Assembly: GCF_006345805.1 (NCBI RefSeq)
Contig: NC_043007.1
Location: 4,712,001-4,776,000 of the forward strand
Direction of reading: 5' to 3'
DNA length: 64,000 nucleotides
From: Octopus sinensis
Lineage: Eukaryota
Below the pieces are notes generated by a model. It was not told the DNA's origin and made no database searches. It worked only from the letters and a program-made list of their open reading frames with translations. Within the stretch, counting starts at the first letter, position 1. Each line of letters begins with the position of its first letter. Shown piece after piece: positions 38,590 to 51,932 of this stretch. Position numbers and translations under genes: made by a program.

Positions 38590-39305
38590 AGAAAAAGTGT
38601 TCTCGACAGATTACGTCGCAAACTCCATAACAGAGTTCAAATATGAACCTGATGAAGAAATTACTTTCAAAGCATACTACAGAAAATACGAGAAAATCTT
38701 CGAGAAAGACTGTAAAGATTGGAACAACGAAATGAAAACGCGCTTAATCTTGAAAAGATTGGCAGCAACAGAACATAAACAATATGGTAATTATGTGCTG
38801 CCAAGAAGAGCTTTGGACATAAACTTTATTGACACAATAAATTACAGAGATGTACTTGCATAGCAAGTGACCTGATCTGAGATCGTGTGCTGGAACAAAA
38901 ACAATTGCAGCATGGAAGGTGTTTATAAGCCATTTAAGAAACACACAAAAACTGTTAGATTCACTTCAACATTTAAATTTAATTTGCAGCACGGAATTTT
39001 GTCAGTGAACAGGTTGCGGTCTCAAAGCGCTGAAAATATTTTGGCAAATTAAATTTAAATGTTGAAGTGAATCAAACAGGTTTTGTGTGTTTCTTAAATG
39101 GCTTATAAACACCTTCCATGACACAATAAATATATTGTGTAAAATTTTCACTGAAAAAAAGTTCATGGTTCAACACACATCGGAAGTTTTCTGGACATAG
39201 AGAAAAACAGAGATGCGGACTACATCACATATGCTCATAGAATAAACAAGGAAAGCGAGAAGTTTAAGCTGGACGAATTGACCCCAGATATGTTCAAATG
39301 CCTCA
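38590..39305 (+). mobile_element. Gypsy-type gag fragment split by an insertion
   Basis: VANSITEFKYEPDEEITFKAYYRKYEKIF...INFIDTIN resumes at 39121 as TINILCKIFTEK...INKESEKFKLDELTPDMFKCL. Confidence 0.8.
38843..39118. mobile_element. PLE-like insertion with 77 bp internal inverted repeat, 13 bp TSD and variant hammerhead
   Basis: TSD tgacacaataaat at 38830-38842 and 39119-39131; inverted repeat 38911-38987 / 39044-39120. Confidence 0.75.
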
Positions 39306-39434
39306 CAAGGAGAGAAATGAGAATGAGTTTACATATAACAGTCATAGATGTGAATTAGGTTCGATCCTAACAGTAATTCGCTTGTTTGGCACAAGATGGT
39401 GATATTCTAAAATTTATTTTCCTTTGAAAAAAGA

Positions 39435-39497
<63 letters not shown>

Positions 39498-40197
39498 TCT
39501 GTCGTTTAACTCTCAACCACAATGAGATAGAATGAATTTTTTTCCACCCTGAACTGGCCTCATGATATCTTACTGTCCAACAAGGTTAAATAACAATTTA
39601 TTTTAAAATAAGGAAAATTATTCCATTGTTTTTCTCAGGGCCAGAGGTTAAATCAGAGAAAATGATGTAACATGACAAATTATTCAATTACTTTTGAGAG
39701 TCAGAGAAGTTACCTAACATCGTTAAATATGCATATCTGCAACATTCGTGTTTAGAAAATGTAATAACGGTTCATGTTATTTTATTCTGCTCTGGTTTCT
39801 GATTGTATTTTCCGTTGAGTTTACGGCCATAATACGAAAGATCTCCCTGCTGAGATCTATCCAGTGCTTTGCTGAGAGATTTAACCTTGACTTACCTTCT
39901 TTGGCCGGTGAAAGCAATTGAATAAATTGGCATCTGTTACTCTTGTATAAAATACGGATCCATCATGAGAAGTGAATTATTTCTCTTACTTTAGAAGAAA
40001 TAGTTATTTAATTTTGTTGGATGAGGAAGCAACATAAGATCAAATTAGAATATTTCTTATTTTACTTCTAGCTCTGAGGGAAAAAAATAATTTCTTTTAT
40101 TTTAGAATAAATTATCCAATCCTGTCAAATGGCAAGACAACAGAATCCCAGATCGGACAAAGTCTGTTTCTTTGTGATCGATAATAATTAAACAAAC

Positions 40198-40434
40198 CTT
40201 TTCACTATAGGCACAGGGCCTAAAATTTTGAGTATATCAATTCTAGCACCCCCAATATTTAACTGGTACTTATTTTTTCAATTCCTGTACTTAACTGGTG
40301 TTTATTTTATCGGCCCTGAAAGGATAAAAAGCAAAGTTGATCTTGGTGAGATTTGAACTCAAAAATATAAAGATGGATGAAAATGCCACAGAGCATTTCG
40401 TCCAGAATGCAAATGATCCTACCAGCTCACTACC
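40198..40434 (-). mobile_element. Family B SINE
   Basis: Reverse complement of the 29103-29310 family. Confidence 0.75.
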
Positions 40435-40803
40435 CTAATAATAGTTAATTAATAATTAGTAATTATAATTAGTCAATTGATGTTCCTTACACAGGCACAA
40501 GACAGAAATTAGGTGGTGGTGGTGGTGGGGTGGGTTGTTTCTTTTTCTTTTTAACCAAAAACAAAAAGAGAAAACTGCTGGCCTGGACCAAATAAGCAAA
40601 TTGCAGCTGATGGTTCTGAAAGTTGGGTTATTAAGAAGGTCAGAGGTTGAAGAATATGGACCTAAATTGACTGGAAGTCACAAAAGTGAAATCTGATAAG
40701 TTAAGATGAACAAATCTATGTAAACATAACCAATTTAAAGAACATTGACAGGAGCAATGCCACCACATCCCATTAGTTCTTTTCTATTCAGCTCAGTAAT
40801 AGT

Positions 40804-41010
40804 CTTTTATTCTTTTATTTGTTTCAGTCATTTGACTGTGGCCATGCTGGAGCAACGCCTTTAGTCGAACAAATCGACCCCAGGACTTATTTTTTGTTAG
40901 CCTAGTACTTATTCTATTGGTCTCTTTTGCTGAACTGCTAAGTTTCAGGGACGGCAACACACCAGCATCGGTTGTCAAGTGATGTTGGGGAACAAACACA
41001 CACACACAAA

Positions 41011-41048
<38 letters not shown>

Positions 41049-41217
41049 TATATATGTATATATATGATGGGCTTCTTTCAGTTTCCATCTACCAAATCCA
41101 CTCACAAGGCTTTGGTCGGCGCGAGGCTATAGTAGAAGACACTTGCCCAAGCTGCCAAGATGTAGGACTGAACCTGGGACCATGTGGTTAGTAAGCAAGC
41201 TACTTACCACACAGCCG
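40804..41217 (-). mobile_element. Family A SINE, full length
   Basis: Collinear with 21506-21910. Confidence 0.9.
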
Positions 41218-42676
41218 CAGGATTATAACATTGCTCACATGTAAGTGCAGTGGCTATCATGCATCGACATGCAAATGACTATTTCCTTATCACTGGTGGT
41301 TTTTGCTGGACATGGTATGTTGGAATGGCTATTTCTCAGCTACTGTTTCTGAAGCCCTTAAAATATCCCAAGAAAGTACTATACACAAGGGGGCCTGTTG
41401 ATGCAACATAATGAGAGAGTTCTGTTAATGAAATTCAAAGATTTCACCAGTTCTTCATGTATTCTCCTTCTGAAATTATAAATAGACACTGTTGTCAATT
41501 CCAAACAATTTACTTTCATTTTAAACCCCTAAACTGCATTAACCCCAAAGTACACCCTTGCTGCAGAACAATACAGAGCACATGTGTGTGTGTGTCTTTT
41601 ACTGGTATATATTTTGGCAAAAGCGTACGTAAGATGCAGAAACTGAATCTGGTCTCCAAATTCTGAGTCGGTTCCTCTTCTGTTCTTTTCTTTCGAAAGA
41701 CATTGAATGATTTGTTTTATTTTACAGAACAGAAACCGAATTTGTCCTGTCATACAGAGTGCAGAAGAGACAGATTGCCATTTGATTGCTTTAAATGTCT
41801 TTGATCATCGATGATAATGCTGAAGAGGAGTGTTGACAACAATTATTACCAATCGCTGACTGTCATGCTGTCAGCAAGTCTTGCACAGAACAATCAAAGA
41901 GAAATTTCCTAAAATTGGCTCATACAACACATTTTTATTGTCACCAATCACAAGCAGAGAAATTTCCACCAATCAAAGAATCCTGCTGGGAAATATAATT
42001 GAGGCCATCATTTTTCAACCAATGAGAATGGCTACCATTTGGACATTCCTTTCTTTCTTTTCTTTTTCTGTTTTGCTTTCCTTTTTTCTTTTCTTTTTGA
42101 GAACTTTTGCATTTATAAAAGTCTGGATTTCACACTTTCTTTAGGTTTGTCAAGAATTCAGCCAGAAAGGCCAATCAGCTTGCACACTCACTCCATTATT
42201 CCTCTCTGATTCTATTAGAGATTCCTTTAACATCAGTCACACTCAATGTCAATGTGTTACTCTACTTCTCTCTGGTCCACTGCAAACAGTTGATCTTTCT
42301 TTTTTTTTATTCAATAATCTTCATATAAAAAAATCATTCTTACCATTCTTTTAGAGGTACCTCTTTCTAGACAACAAAAATCTTCAACTTTACACTAAAT
42401 GTTTACCCAAACACTTTTGTAGTCACATGCAAACCTTTCTTTCTCAGATGCTTTATTAGCCAAAATATGTTGTTGAAACAGCAGTCATCATAAACAGCCC
42501 CATATACTGACAAGGATGTAGATATCATGCAAGAATATTGCATAACAATGATATCACATCTCTTAGAAGTGAATTGGTTCATGTATCTGTTATTAAACTG
42601 TTATTTGCAGTAACAGGTTTTGGAACGTCATTCAAAGCTCAAGGCTCTGATTCAGTATTTTGTCCTTTATCAATAA

Positions 42677-43066
42677 CTAGCACTATCGCCCGACGTTGCT
42701 CGGGTTTGTTTCGACCCTTTAGAATTGAAATTCTTGAAAAGTAAAAATTGTGCCTTATGTAGCTTGTTATTCTCTTTAAGTGAACATTTTTCTGGTTGAA
42801 ATACACCGAAAAATGGTGACACAGCAGTCAAAAAATACTAAGAAGTAGGGATTTTCATAGAAAAAAAGCACCTATTTGATGTAAATAATGTTTGGTGTTA
42901 ACATGGTTCAATTTGAATCTTTTCTTCTACGGAAGGAAGAGCAAGCCGTCTTCTATCATACTCTTAATTTTGGTCAACTTGCACCGCAGGGTCTCGGAGG
43001 AGATAGTGTTAGTTGAAGGCTACCAAACCTGCCATACACAGACAACTTCAGCTTTATATAGAGAGA
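42677..43066 (-). mobile_element. Non-autonomous Helitron (second copy)
   Basis: CTAG at 42677, hairpin cccgacgttgctcggg, body matches 25730-26111. Confidence 0.88.
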
Positions 43067-43559
43067 AATTGTGTCATGTTTATTTGATCTCCATCAGCTA
43101 ATAAACCCACTTCGTTATCAGGAGTCACATCTGTATCACCATTTGCTTGACATGTAAATCCATTTTGTAGAAGTTCCTCATTTCATTTGCATCAAGACCA
43201 AACTGGAGCCACAGCTTCCTAGAACATTATTCCCAGGGACTGAATTTGTCTGAGCATCAAAGCTGATGGACAAAGAGATCTTCCTGAGACAGGGTTTGTC
43301 TGATAACACCAACTGAAATATGAATGTGAAGAACCTTTTACAAGGTCAGTTTGCTTTCAAATCCATTTGAACATTAGTGACCGTTCCTTTTTCAGCAAAT
43401 TCCATTTAATTTTTGATGTTATGGAGTCATTTTGATCTCATTAAGCCATGGACACAAAACATCAGGAAATTCATGGACATTATCTGTAAGTAATTTTTTT
43501 TCTGAAACAACATTTCTAGCAAACATGGACCCTAATACCTGCTTAACCATTTCTGCTTC

Positions 43560-44500
43560 TTTATTCTAAATTCTTATAACCACAGGTCAACCCAGGCATC
43601 AGCAAATATTAAGAACAAATCCTAAATTCTTGAGATAAGCATGATCCCTAGGTACACATATCCATGTTTTAATTTCTTTAGGTCATATATGCCCTGTGTG
43701 AGGGATTTCTGATTTTATTCAAGTGTATATTAGACATCTTTTTTCGTATCTTATTGTTCCACACCTTTATGGTTACCTGGTCACCATACTTCTAACTTCA
43801 GCTGATTCCTTATTGGTGCTGAACCACAATGTGTATCACGCACATATTTTACCATAAATATTCTGGTGGGACAATTAATTCCCCCTTACACAAGACAGGA
43901 TCATCAACTGTGAACATGATTTTCAATGACTTAATTGGCCTTTCAAAAACAATTACTCCAATTATATCAGATAAAATATTCTCTTAAACAGTTTCCAATA
44001 TTTCACTTTCTACAAGATTAATTTTTTTTTAAATCATCGTCATAGACCCAAATTAATGTTAAAATTGCATTCCTGTGATCTATGATCCAAGACCAATTTC
44101 AATTTTCTGTCAAGCAGACAGTATCATACTTTTCAAGAACACATACAATTGTTAAGGCTTCCATTTGCATATTTGAGTATCTTGTTTCCGCTGGGGTTAA
44201 TGCTCTTGATAAATATATCACCGGATGAACGTCTTGTAAAAGTATTCCTGATATAGCCTTTTCACCCACATCAGTTATTATGGTAACTTCTTTCATGGCA
44301 TCATATATCTGGATTTCTGGCCAATGTCAAATTTATTTGCTTAAAGGACTCTTGTTGAAGGACTCTCCACAAAAATGAGATGCCACACTTATACAGTGAT
44401 GCGAATGGTGATTTGAAGTTTAAATAATGATTAATAAACCTTCCATAGAAATTAATAAGTCCAATGAAAGATTCTAATTACTTCTTGTCCTTGCCATAAT
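43560..44500 (-). mobile_element. Gypsy pol remnant (RT end, RNase H, integrase start)
   Basis: LESFIGLINFYGRFI; IITDVGEKAISGILLQDVHPVIYLSRALTPAETRYSN; RDTHCG...LEVW*PG. Confidence 0.85.
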
Positions 44501-46469
44501 TCTCCTTCTTTTGTAATCTTATATCCACGAAAAGATAGTTTATCGATCTCTGTCACAAATTTAGCATGTCTGATCATTTTGTAATCTTATCCGTCATGAA
44601 ACATAGATTTTCAACAGTTTTTCAATTAATTCGTTTGTAGCAGACATGTTTTAGTCTCACCCAGGACTGGTTTTTTCCAGTTGGGAGAATTTCATAAACA
44701 AAAATGTGATCTTCCCTATTGAGTAATGATGTCAGCAACAATCTGACCAATGAAATTGTATAAAAATGTTTTAAATTTTCAAATGATGAAGTTGCCGTTG
44801 ATTTTTTTCAATCAGATTTGTTCTAAGGAAGAAGAAAAGGGACCAAAGAGAAAAGGGACTAAAGAGAAAAGGGACCAGAGCTTGATGGGCAGAGTGTATG
44901 AATGTGCAGTGAAGTGTAACAGCTGGCAAATTCTTTCATTTGGTAGTTCCCATATGTCACGACTGTCAAAATACTCTGTTGTAAAAAGAAGCATCTGCAC
45001 TAACACTGGCACACTCACCATTTCCACAGACAAATTCTTGCTGCTCCCTCAACACACATTCTAGAACTGTGAACAGAACTGATTTGATAATACAGTTCTA
45101 TATTTAAATATATGAACAGAACTTTCCAACTTGATTTTACTTTCTGTTCTTGGAACAGTCATGTCCTATATAAACTTTTAACACTAAATTAATTAGTGGA
45201 CTAAAAACAAAAAACTATTTTCCCCATTCATCTAACATCTCACCCATTAACAAACATCATTCTGATAAACAATAATATTGTCAAAATATTTTTCAGGATG
45301 TTCAATTGCTCTCTGAAACATAATACTGTCTATTTCAATGTCCACCTTAAAAGATGCATTGGAGTATGCAGCAGTAACTTCAAAAGCTATTTCTCTCTGA
45401 TGATAAACACCTTTCAATATAGTTCAGTTTTTCATTTTATGTCCCTCACTTCATGCAATGTTTACCAGTTACAGAACATTTTAAGGGTTGCATCCTTATA
45501 TCCACAAAAACAACATTTTTAATCAGATTTACGCTTGTTTCTATTAAGATGTGATGGTCACATCATCAAGATCATTCTGACTTTCTATATTTTTTTTTGT
45601 ATTTCAAACATCTGAGATTTTAAAAATCATTTTAAGCTGTTGAATTAATTTTATGCATGCATTAAGCTTCTGATCATCTGACTAAAGATATTCTAATGCT
45701 TTTACATAATGCTCAGATGACTGGATGCCATCTTTGAATCTCATTTGAATCATTTTCTGTACTCCGTCCTTTGGTTCCAGTTTTATTAAATTCATAAAAG
45801 CGAGCTGACTCGTGTAATTTCTGAAAATAACTTTGAAGAGATTCACTTAGATTGTTGTCACAAGAAGCTGATTCCTTCAGCAATTACCGATTTATTTTGG
45901 AGACAATCTAATGGCATTATCGCAGATCTTATGCTTCTAAAATTCATTGTTATGAAATACTCGGGTTTTATCATTACTAAAACTCCTCATGGGGAAATAT
46001 AACACACTTTAGATAAAAAAAACAAGTTTGATATTTGTTTCCTTTATTAATTCCCAAATCTTCCATTCTTGCTGTAGCAGCAAAGAATTACAACCATGCC
46101 TCCGCTGCATCTGAAGTATTGAACAGAAACTCACTGTTATTGGCTGACAATGCCATTGCTGTGCCATATACAGTGTTCAGCCAAATACAGTTGAGGTCTT
46201 TTACAATTCTTTCTCTTGAGATGCTTCTTTGTCTAATTGAATAACCAAAGAGTTTCGTTGGACACACAACCACTTTAAACAAACTCCACCACTCGCAAGC
46301 ATGCTAAATGCATGCAATGGTATTAACATGTAGCAATGCTTATGCCTAGATTTGAACCAAAAACCACATTAGATTTCCATTCAGCCAGCTTTGTGAACTT
46401 CCCTATATTTCTAGGAAAAGTATGAAGACCAGAATCTACATGACTTAGTGGTTCAGCAATCTTCTGCTA

Positions 46470-46675
46470 AATCACTGAATTGCAGAGATGTAAACACACA
46501 CACACACATACATGACAGGCTTTCACACAGTTTCCGTCTACAACATCCATTCACAAGGCATTGGTTAGGCCAGGGACTATGGTGGGAGGCACGTTCCCAA
46601 AAGTGATGGGCACTGGGAAGGAACCAAAAGCCAAATGGTTGTGAAGTGAACTTCTTAGCCAGACAGCCATGCCTA
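46470..46675 (-). mobile_element. Family A SINE, decayed
   Basis: acaggctttcacacagtttccgtcta...cttagccagacagccatgcc; similar decayed copy at 49105-49262. Confidence 0.7.
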
Positions 46676-46874
46676 CCACTTGTGTGGATTTTGTTTTAGT
46701 CAAGAGTATTTTTGTTAAATATTAAAAAAAAAAGAAACAGCCATCTGTATACCATACATAATGTATGTACCCTATTGAAAGGCGTGATGCTGTGGTTTTT
46801 GTGTGAGAGAAAATCTCTTCATAAACAGGTTGGGTATTGATTGCATATATCCAGGAATAAAGAAATTATTCAAT

Positions 46875-47248
46875 AACAAGAACACTCACAGAGCACAAAC
46901 CTCTGCCAGGGTAACACCAACATCCTCTCAATGGTTTGCCGGAGAGGATTTTTAAAATGAGAATATCTGAAATATACGTGACTGCTCTCACAAATAAGAA
47001 TACTAAAATGAATCCGACTGCTCTCAAACATTAAGTAAAAAAAAAAAACTGGAAGAATAATCCAGAATCCTTGTTCGGTACCAGATCAATCCCAAAATCT
47101 AGTCAGTTTGTGCCAGTCATGAGGCCAAACATCCCTGAAAGTTTCATCCAAATCCATCCAGTGGTTCTTGAGATATCTTGTTCATGGACAAACAAGCAAA
47201 CAAATACCAGTGAAAACAATACCTCCACCTTCGCTAAGGAGGAGGTAA
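46875..47248 (+). mobile_element. Helentron-associated (DINE-1/HINE-like) non-autonomous element
   Basis: 5' aacaag...acctctgcc subterminal repeat, short (ACAA)n, and 3' hairpin tacctccacctt-cgct-aaggaggaggta. Confidence 0.7.
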
Positions 47249-48154
47249 AAAATATTCTTGTAATAATTTTGATTATTTTACCTCCTAAAAACAAAACAAA
47301 AAATTCTATATTTTCTGTTTAACTATGTTTTTACCTGACAAAAATGCAAAAATAAAATAAAGCAAAACAATAAATTTCAAACACAGAAATAGTTTCAAGT
47401 TTTAGCACAAGGCCAGCAATTTAAAGGGGAGAGACAGAAATACTAACAAGTTTTTTTTTAGTTGTATTATATTCCTTTATGTCCAAACAGTAAAACTTGA
47501 AAAATAGACAGATAGGTAATAGGAAATGGGTTCGGGAAGTAATAGGTGGGAGCACAGATGACATGAAGTGTGATAGTTGCACAGTGCCAGGGACAAAGTT
47601 AGAGGTACATAGGGGAGAAAATAGTTGGTGAAAATAGGTGGTGAGCAAAAACAGTGGGGACTATCTTGAGAGGGTGTACAGGGGAAAGGAGTAGTAAGAG
47701 GGACATTCCCTAGAAAATAGCATGAGGGATTCTATTGAAAATGTGGGTGACAAAAGGGAGTGGCTCAAAGGAGAGTGATTACAGGTAATTCAAAAATGGG
47801 AGGAAAAAGTTTGTTGATCACATCAAAAATATCCCCCAAGGAAAGCAAACAGGCTGGAGCAACAAGTACAAAAAAGAAAGAAGAAGAAGGAAAATTTTCT
47901 CCTGCAGCTACAAAACAAACCAGTCTTCTGATTACAGGATGGGATGGTCTTATATTGTAAAACCAAAATAGAAACAAATCCTTTTTTCTTTTACTGATTG
48001 TGTATCGGCGTTAGAGAACGTTAACGTCATTAGCTATAGTTTTCTAGTGGACCAATCACTGGCTTCATTGCATTTCTGACAGATGCACACGATTATGATT
48101 GAGATATACATGTGTGCAGAGGGGTTTGTGTGGGCGTATTTATATACAATGTAC

Positions 48155-48675
48155 ACATGTATGTATGTGTGTATGTATGTATGTATTGTATGTAAGTTAT
48201 GTATGTATGTATGTATGTATGTATCTATGTATGTATGTATGTATGTATGTTATGTATGTTATGTATGTATGTATTGTATGTATGTATGTATGTATGTATG
48301 TATGTATGTGTGTATGTATGTGTGTATGTATGTAAGTATGTATGTTATGTATGTTATGTATGTATGTATTGTATGTATGTATGTATGTATGTATGTATGT
48401 TTGTATGTATGTGTGTGTATGTATGTATGTATGCATGTATGTATGTGTGTGTGTTTGTGTGTATGTATGTATGTATGTATGTCATTGTTCAGTTTTATTT
48501 AAAGATTTCTTGCCAATAGAGAAAGAACCAGTTTCTAACCTAGATCCAAGGTTCCTTCATTGGAATTTCAACATCAACAGGGCATTTTTGTATGTATGTA
48601 TGTACGTATGTATGTATGTATGAATGTATGTGTGTATGTATGTATGTATGTATGTATGTATGTATGTATGTATGT
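48155..48675. repeat. (TATG)n microsatellite blocks
   Basis: Visible directly. Confidence 0.9.
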
Positions 48676-49068
48676 AGGGACAGTTCACGAAAAAAACAAA
48701 AGACAAAAACAGGTGGTGTAGAAAACAAACAGATGTATTAGTATAACGCTCAGGAATAGAAAAAGTCTTATGTTTCGAGCCTACGCTCTTCCACAGAAAG
48801 GGACACAGAAAGAAACAAGGAGAGAAAAAAAATGTGTGTAGTGGCTAACGATCTATCATGGCGAGACCTCGTGTGTACCGTTGGCGATTTTCTTCCCTCT
48901 GTCTTCCCTTCTCTGGATCTTTCCTTCTCCTATGTTTCCGACGAAGAGCTCCGCTCGAAACGTTAAACCCTCCTTCTTTCCTTTTGTCCTGAACACTCAA
49001 TAATACTATATTTGTTCCACGTCCTCGCGTTGTTGTGTTTTTTTGTGCTTTCTTGTTTGGATTAACTT

Positions 49069-49070
<2 letters not shown>
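48676..49070. mobile_element. Two-armed PLE pLTR-type mini-element with outward-facing variant hammerheads
   Basis: Minus arm CTGTGGA-agagcgtaggctc-GAAA-caTA; plus arm gttt-CCGACGA-agagctccgctc-GAAA-cgTT-aaac. Confidence 0.7.
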
Positions 49071-49100
<30 letters not shown>

Positions 49101-50375
49101 CACAAGTTTCTACTCAGTTTCTATTCCCAAATTCCACCTGCATGACACTGATCAACCTGAGGCTGTGAGAGATGACACTTACCTGTAGTGCTTTTCAGTG
49201 GGACCGAACCTGGAACCATGGGATTAAAACAGAAGCTAACTCCTTAACCCCACAGCTATGCATGCAGACATTTTATTTCGCCACATGTCAACTCTGACCA
49301 AACAAAAACTCCACCTGTCATTTTTTCACGACACCTCAGACTTCATTATCTAATTACCCTTCTTTTTTAGGAGTTGAAGGGATCATGAAGAGTGAAAGTC
49401 TACCCCTGCTGCATAAGGCAAGCTTGTTTCTGATAGATACAATGATTTTTCAGGCTAGATACGATGAATTTTCTCTTAAATTACCCAGGTGATGAGACAA
49501 GAAAATCAGTTTTATAAAACCATGTATTTATCTGCTTCGTTTGAAATAACTACTGTTTTTATTCCATTCCATTTCTGTGAGTCTTATACTAAAAGTAATG
49601 CTGAGAACATAACGTTTTGATTGACAGTTAGAGATCGTTCAAGTGGTTTGTTTTGCTGGAGTAATTCTTCTCCCATACGAAGTTACTGCTCAACACAGGC
49701 TTCATCACAAAGGATGAATTTGCACCATCTTTGAACAGAACTTTCAACTTCATGTCATCTGTGCTCCCACCTATTACTTCCCGAACCCATTTCCTATTAC
49801 CTATCCGTCTATTTTTCAAGTTTTACTGTTTGGACATAAAGGAATATAATGCAACTAAAAAAAAACTTGTTAGTATTTCTGTCTCTCTCCTTTAAATTGC
49901 TGGCCTTGTGCTAAAACTTGAAACCATTTCTGTGTTTGAAACTTATTGTTTTGTTTTATCTTATTTTTGCATTTTTGTCAGGTAAAAACATAGTTAAACA
50001 GAAAAATTTTTGGTGTGCCTTGTTTTCCTTACTCTTCAACCACTTTCGAACAGGTGGAAGCTGGAGGACATCCAGGCTCTTCAGGGTTTCAAAATTGGTT
50101 AATTGTTTGATTTGTGTGTGGACAAAGATTGTCAGGGTGAATGAGGATCGTTTTCAGATCCTTGTTCCCTGCCGTCTTCCGATTGGTTTTTCTAAGCTTG
50201 TTCTTCTTTTTTAAGATGGTAAAGTGTGGTTTTTAGGAAGATTTGGGTGCTATTTCTAACATGACTCTCTTTATTGGCTTCTGACAAACCTGGTGGCGGA
50301 CATCGTGGACACAATGAAGTCCTGAGTATACAAACCACCGTATACTTCTTTCCACATCGCTTCTGTTTGTCTCTT

Positions 50376-50423
50376 TGTCTTTCTGCTTCTCTCTCTCTCT
50401 CTTTATCTCTCTCTCTCTCTTTA

Positions 50424-50485
<62 letters not shown>

Positions 50486-50549
50486 CCTCTCTCTCTCTTT
50501 CTTTCTCTCTATCTCTCTCTCTTTCTCTCTCTTTCTCTCTCTCTCTCTT

Positions 50550-50607
<58 letters not shown>

Positions 50608-50647
50608 CTCTCTGTCTCCCTCTCTCTCATCTCTCTCTCTCTCTCCC
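50376..50647. repeat. (CT)n microsatellite
   Basis: Visible directly. Confidence 0.95.
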
Positions 50648-51559
50648 TTATAATATCGTTGACAATGAGCGTTCTATAATGACCAAATAAGTGACACAAA
50701 TGAAGTTGAAAAAGACGGAGAATATTCAGTATCGATGTGTTTTAATTGGTTTCCTAGTTTATTTGATATTATGCGGATTCCCGTCTTTCTTGGTTCGGCG
50801 ATCTTCAGCATCCACACTGATAAGCAATCCAAATCACATCCAAACAGACAGCTAAAGCAATCTATTTGCTTCTGTGATTCGACATTTACTTTTAATGGGG
50901 GAAACCCAACACGTATTGTATCTTAGCATTCTTGTCTTACTCAATGCTTCCCATAAGAAGGAAAATTGGATTTCGTTATATACGCCGAACTTTAAACTTG
51001 TCATAAATATGGAAGCCTATAAATACAACCAAATTATCGATTTTATGTTGAATGCAGTGAATGAAGTGCTGGTCAAAATATTGTAACACAATATTTTGTA
51101 TTCTGAAATGATTACATTTTGGAATATTGATTTTTTTTAAACGTTGGCCCAAGATCACACGATTTTGGGGTGAATTTAAAGTCGATTATATTGAAACCAA
51201 TATATTATTGGCACTAATTTTATAGGTTCTGGAAGAATGAAAGACAAAAATAAACCCCACTCTGATATGTACTCAGAACCAAAGAGGTCAGCAACCTTAT
51301 ATTTGGAAATATATATTTCTTACTCTGGCATGAAGCCACCACCTTTTTTAATTTTATTTATTGCAAAGATTTAATTAATTGAATCTCCTCCAAAATAAAC
51401 TCAATACCCATTTTCTTGACCCAAGAAGGAAGAAAGATGGTCATCTAATAAGATTTGAATTTTTGCCGAAGAGGGTTGCAATGGAAATTTCAAGTTAGGG
51501 TTCTACTGAGTTTTGAACCATCTCACAGACATCTCCACTTTAGAACCACGGCTCAACTA

Positions 51560-51932
51560 TATTCTTTCTTTTGCTTGCTTTAGTCATTTGACAGCGGCCA
51601 TACAGGAGCACCGACTTAAAGGGTTTTTAGCCGAAGAAAGCAACCCTAGGACTTATTATTTGTGAGCCTAGTTCTTATTCTATCAGTGTCTTTTGCTGAA
51701 CTACTAAATTTGGGTTCATAAACACACCATCGAGTGATGGCGGAGGAACAAACACACACACACACATCTAAGACGGGCTTCTTTCAGTTTCTGTCGACCA
51801 AATCCACCCACAAGACTTTGGCTGGCCCGATGTTACAGTAGAAGACTCTTGCCCAAAGTGCCATGCAGTGAGATTGAACCCGGAACCATGTGGTTGAGAA
51901 GCAACCTTCTTACTACACAGCTGCACCTGCAC
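51560..51932 (-). mobile_element. Family A SINE
   Basis: Collinear with 21506-21910. Confidence 0.85.

Larger units (their letters stand above)
47311..50005. repeat. 259 bp inverted duplication (47311-47569 / 49747-50005)
   Basis: Arms are reverse complements with only a few substitutions. Confidence 0.92.

Noticed and set aside
46035-46282. Overlapping ORFs in unique-looking DNA
   Set aside because: No recognisable domain or convincing splice pair.
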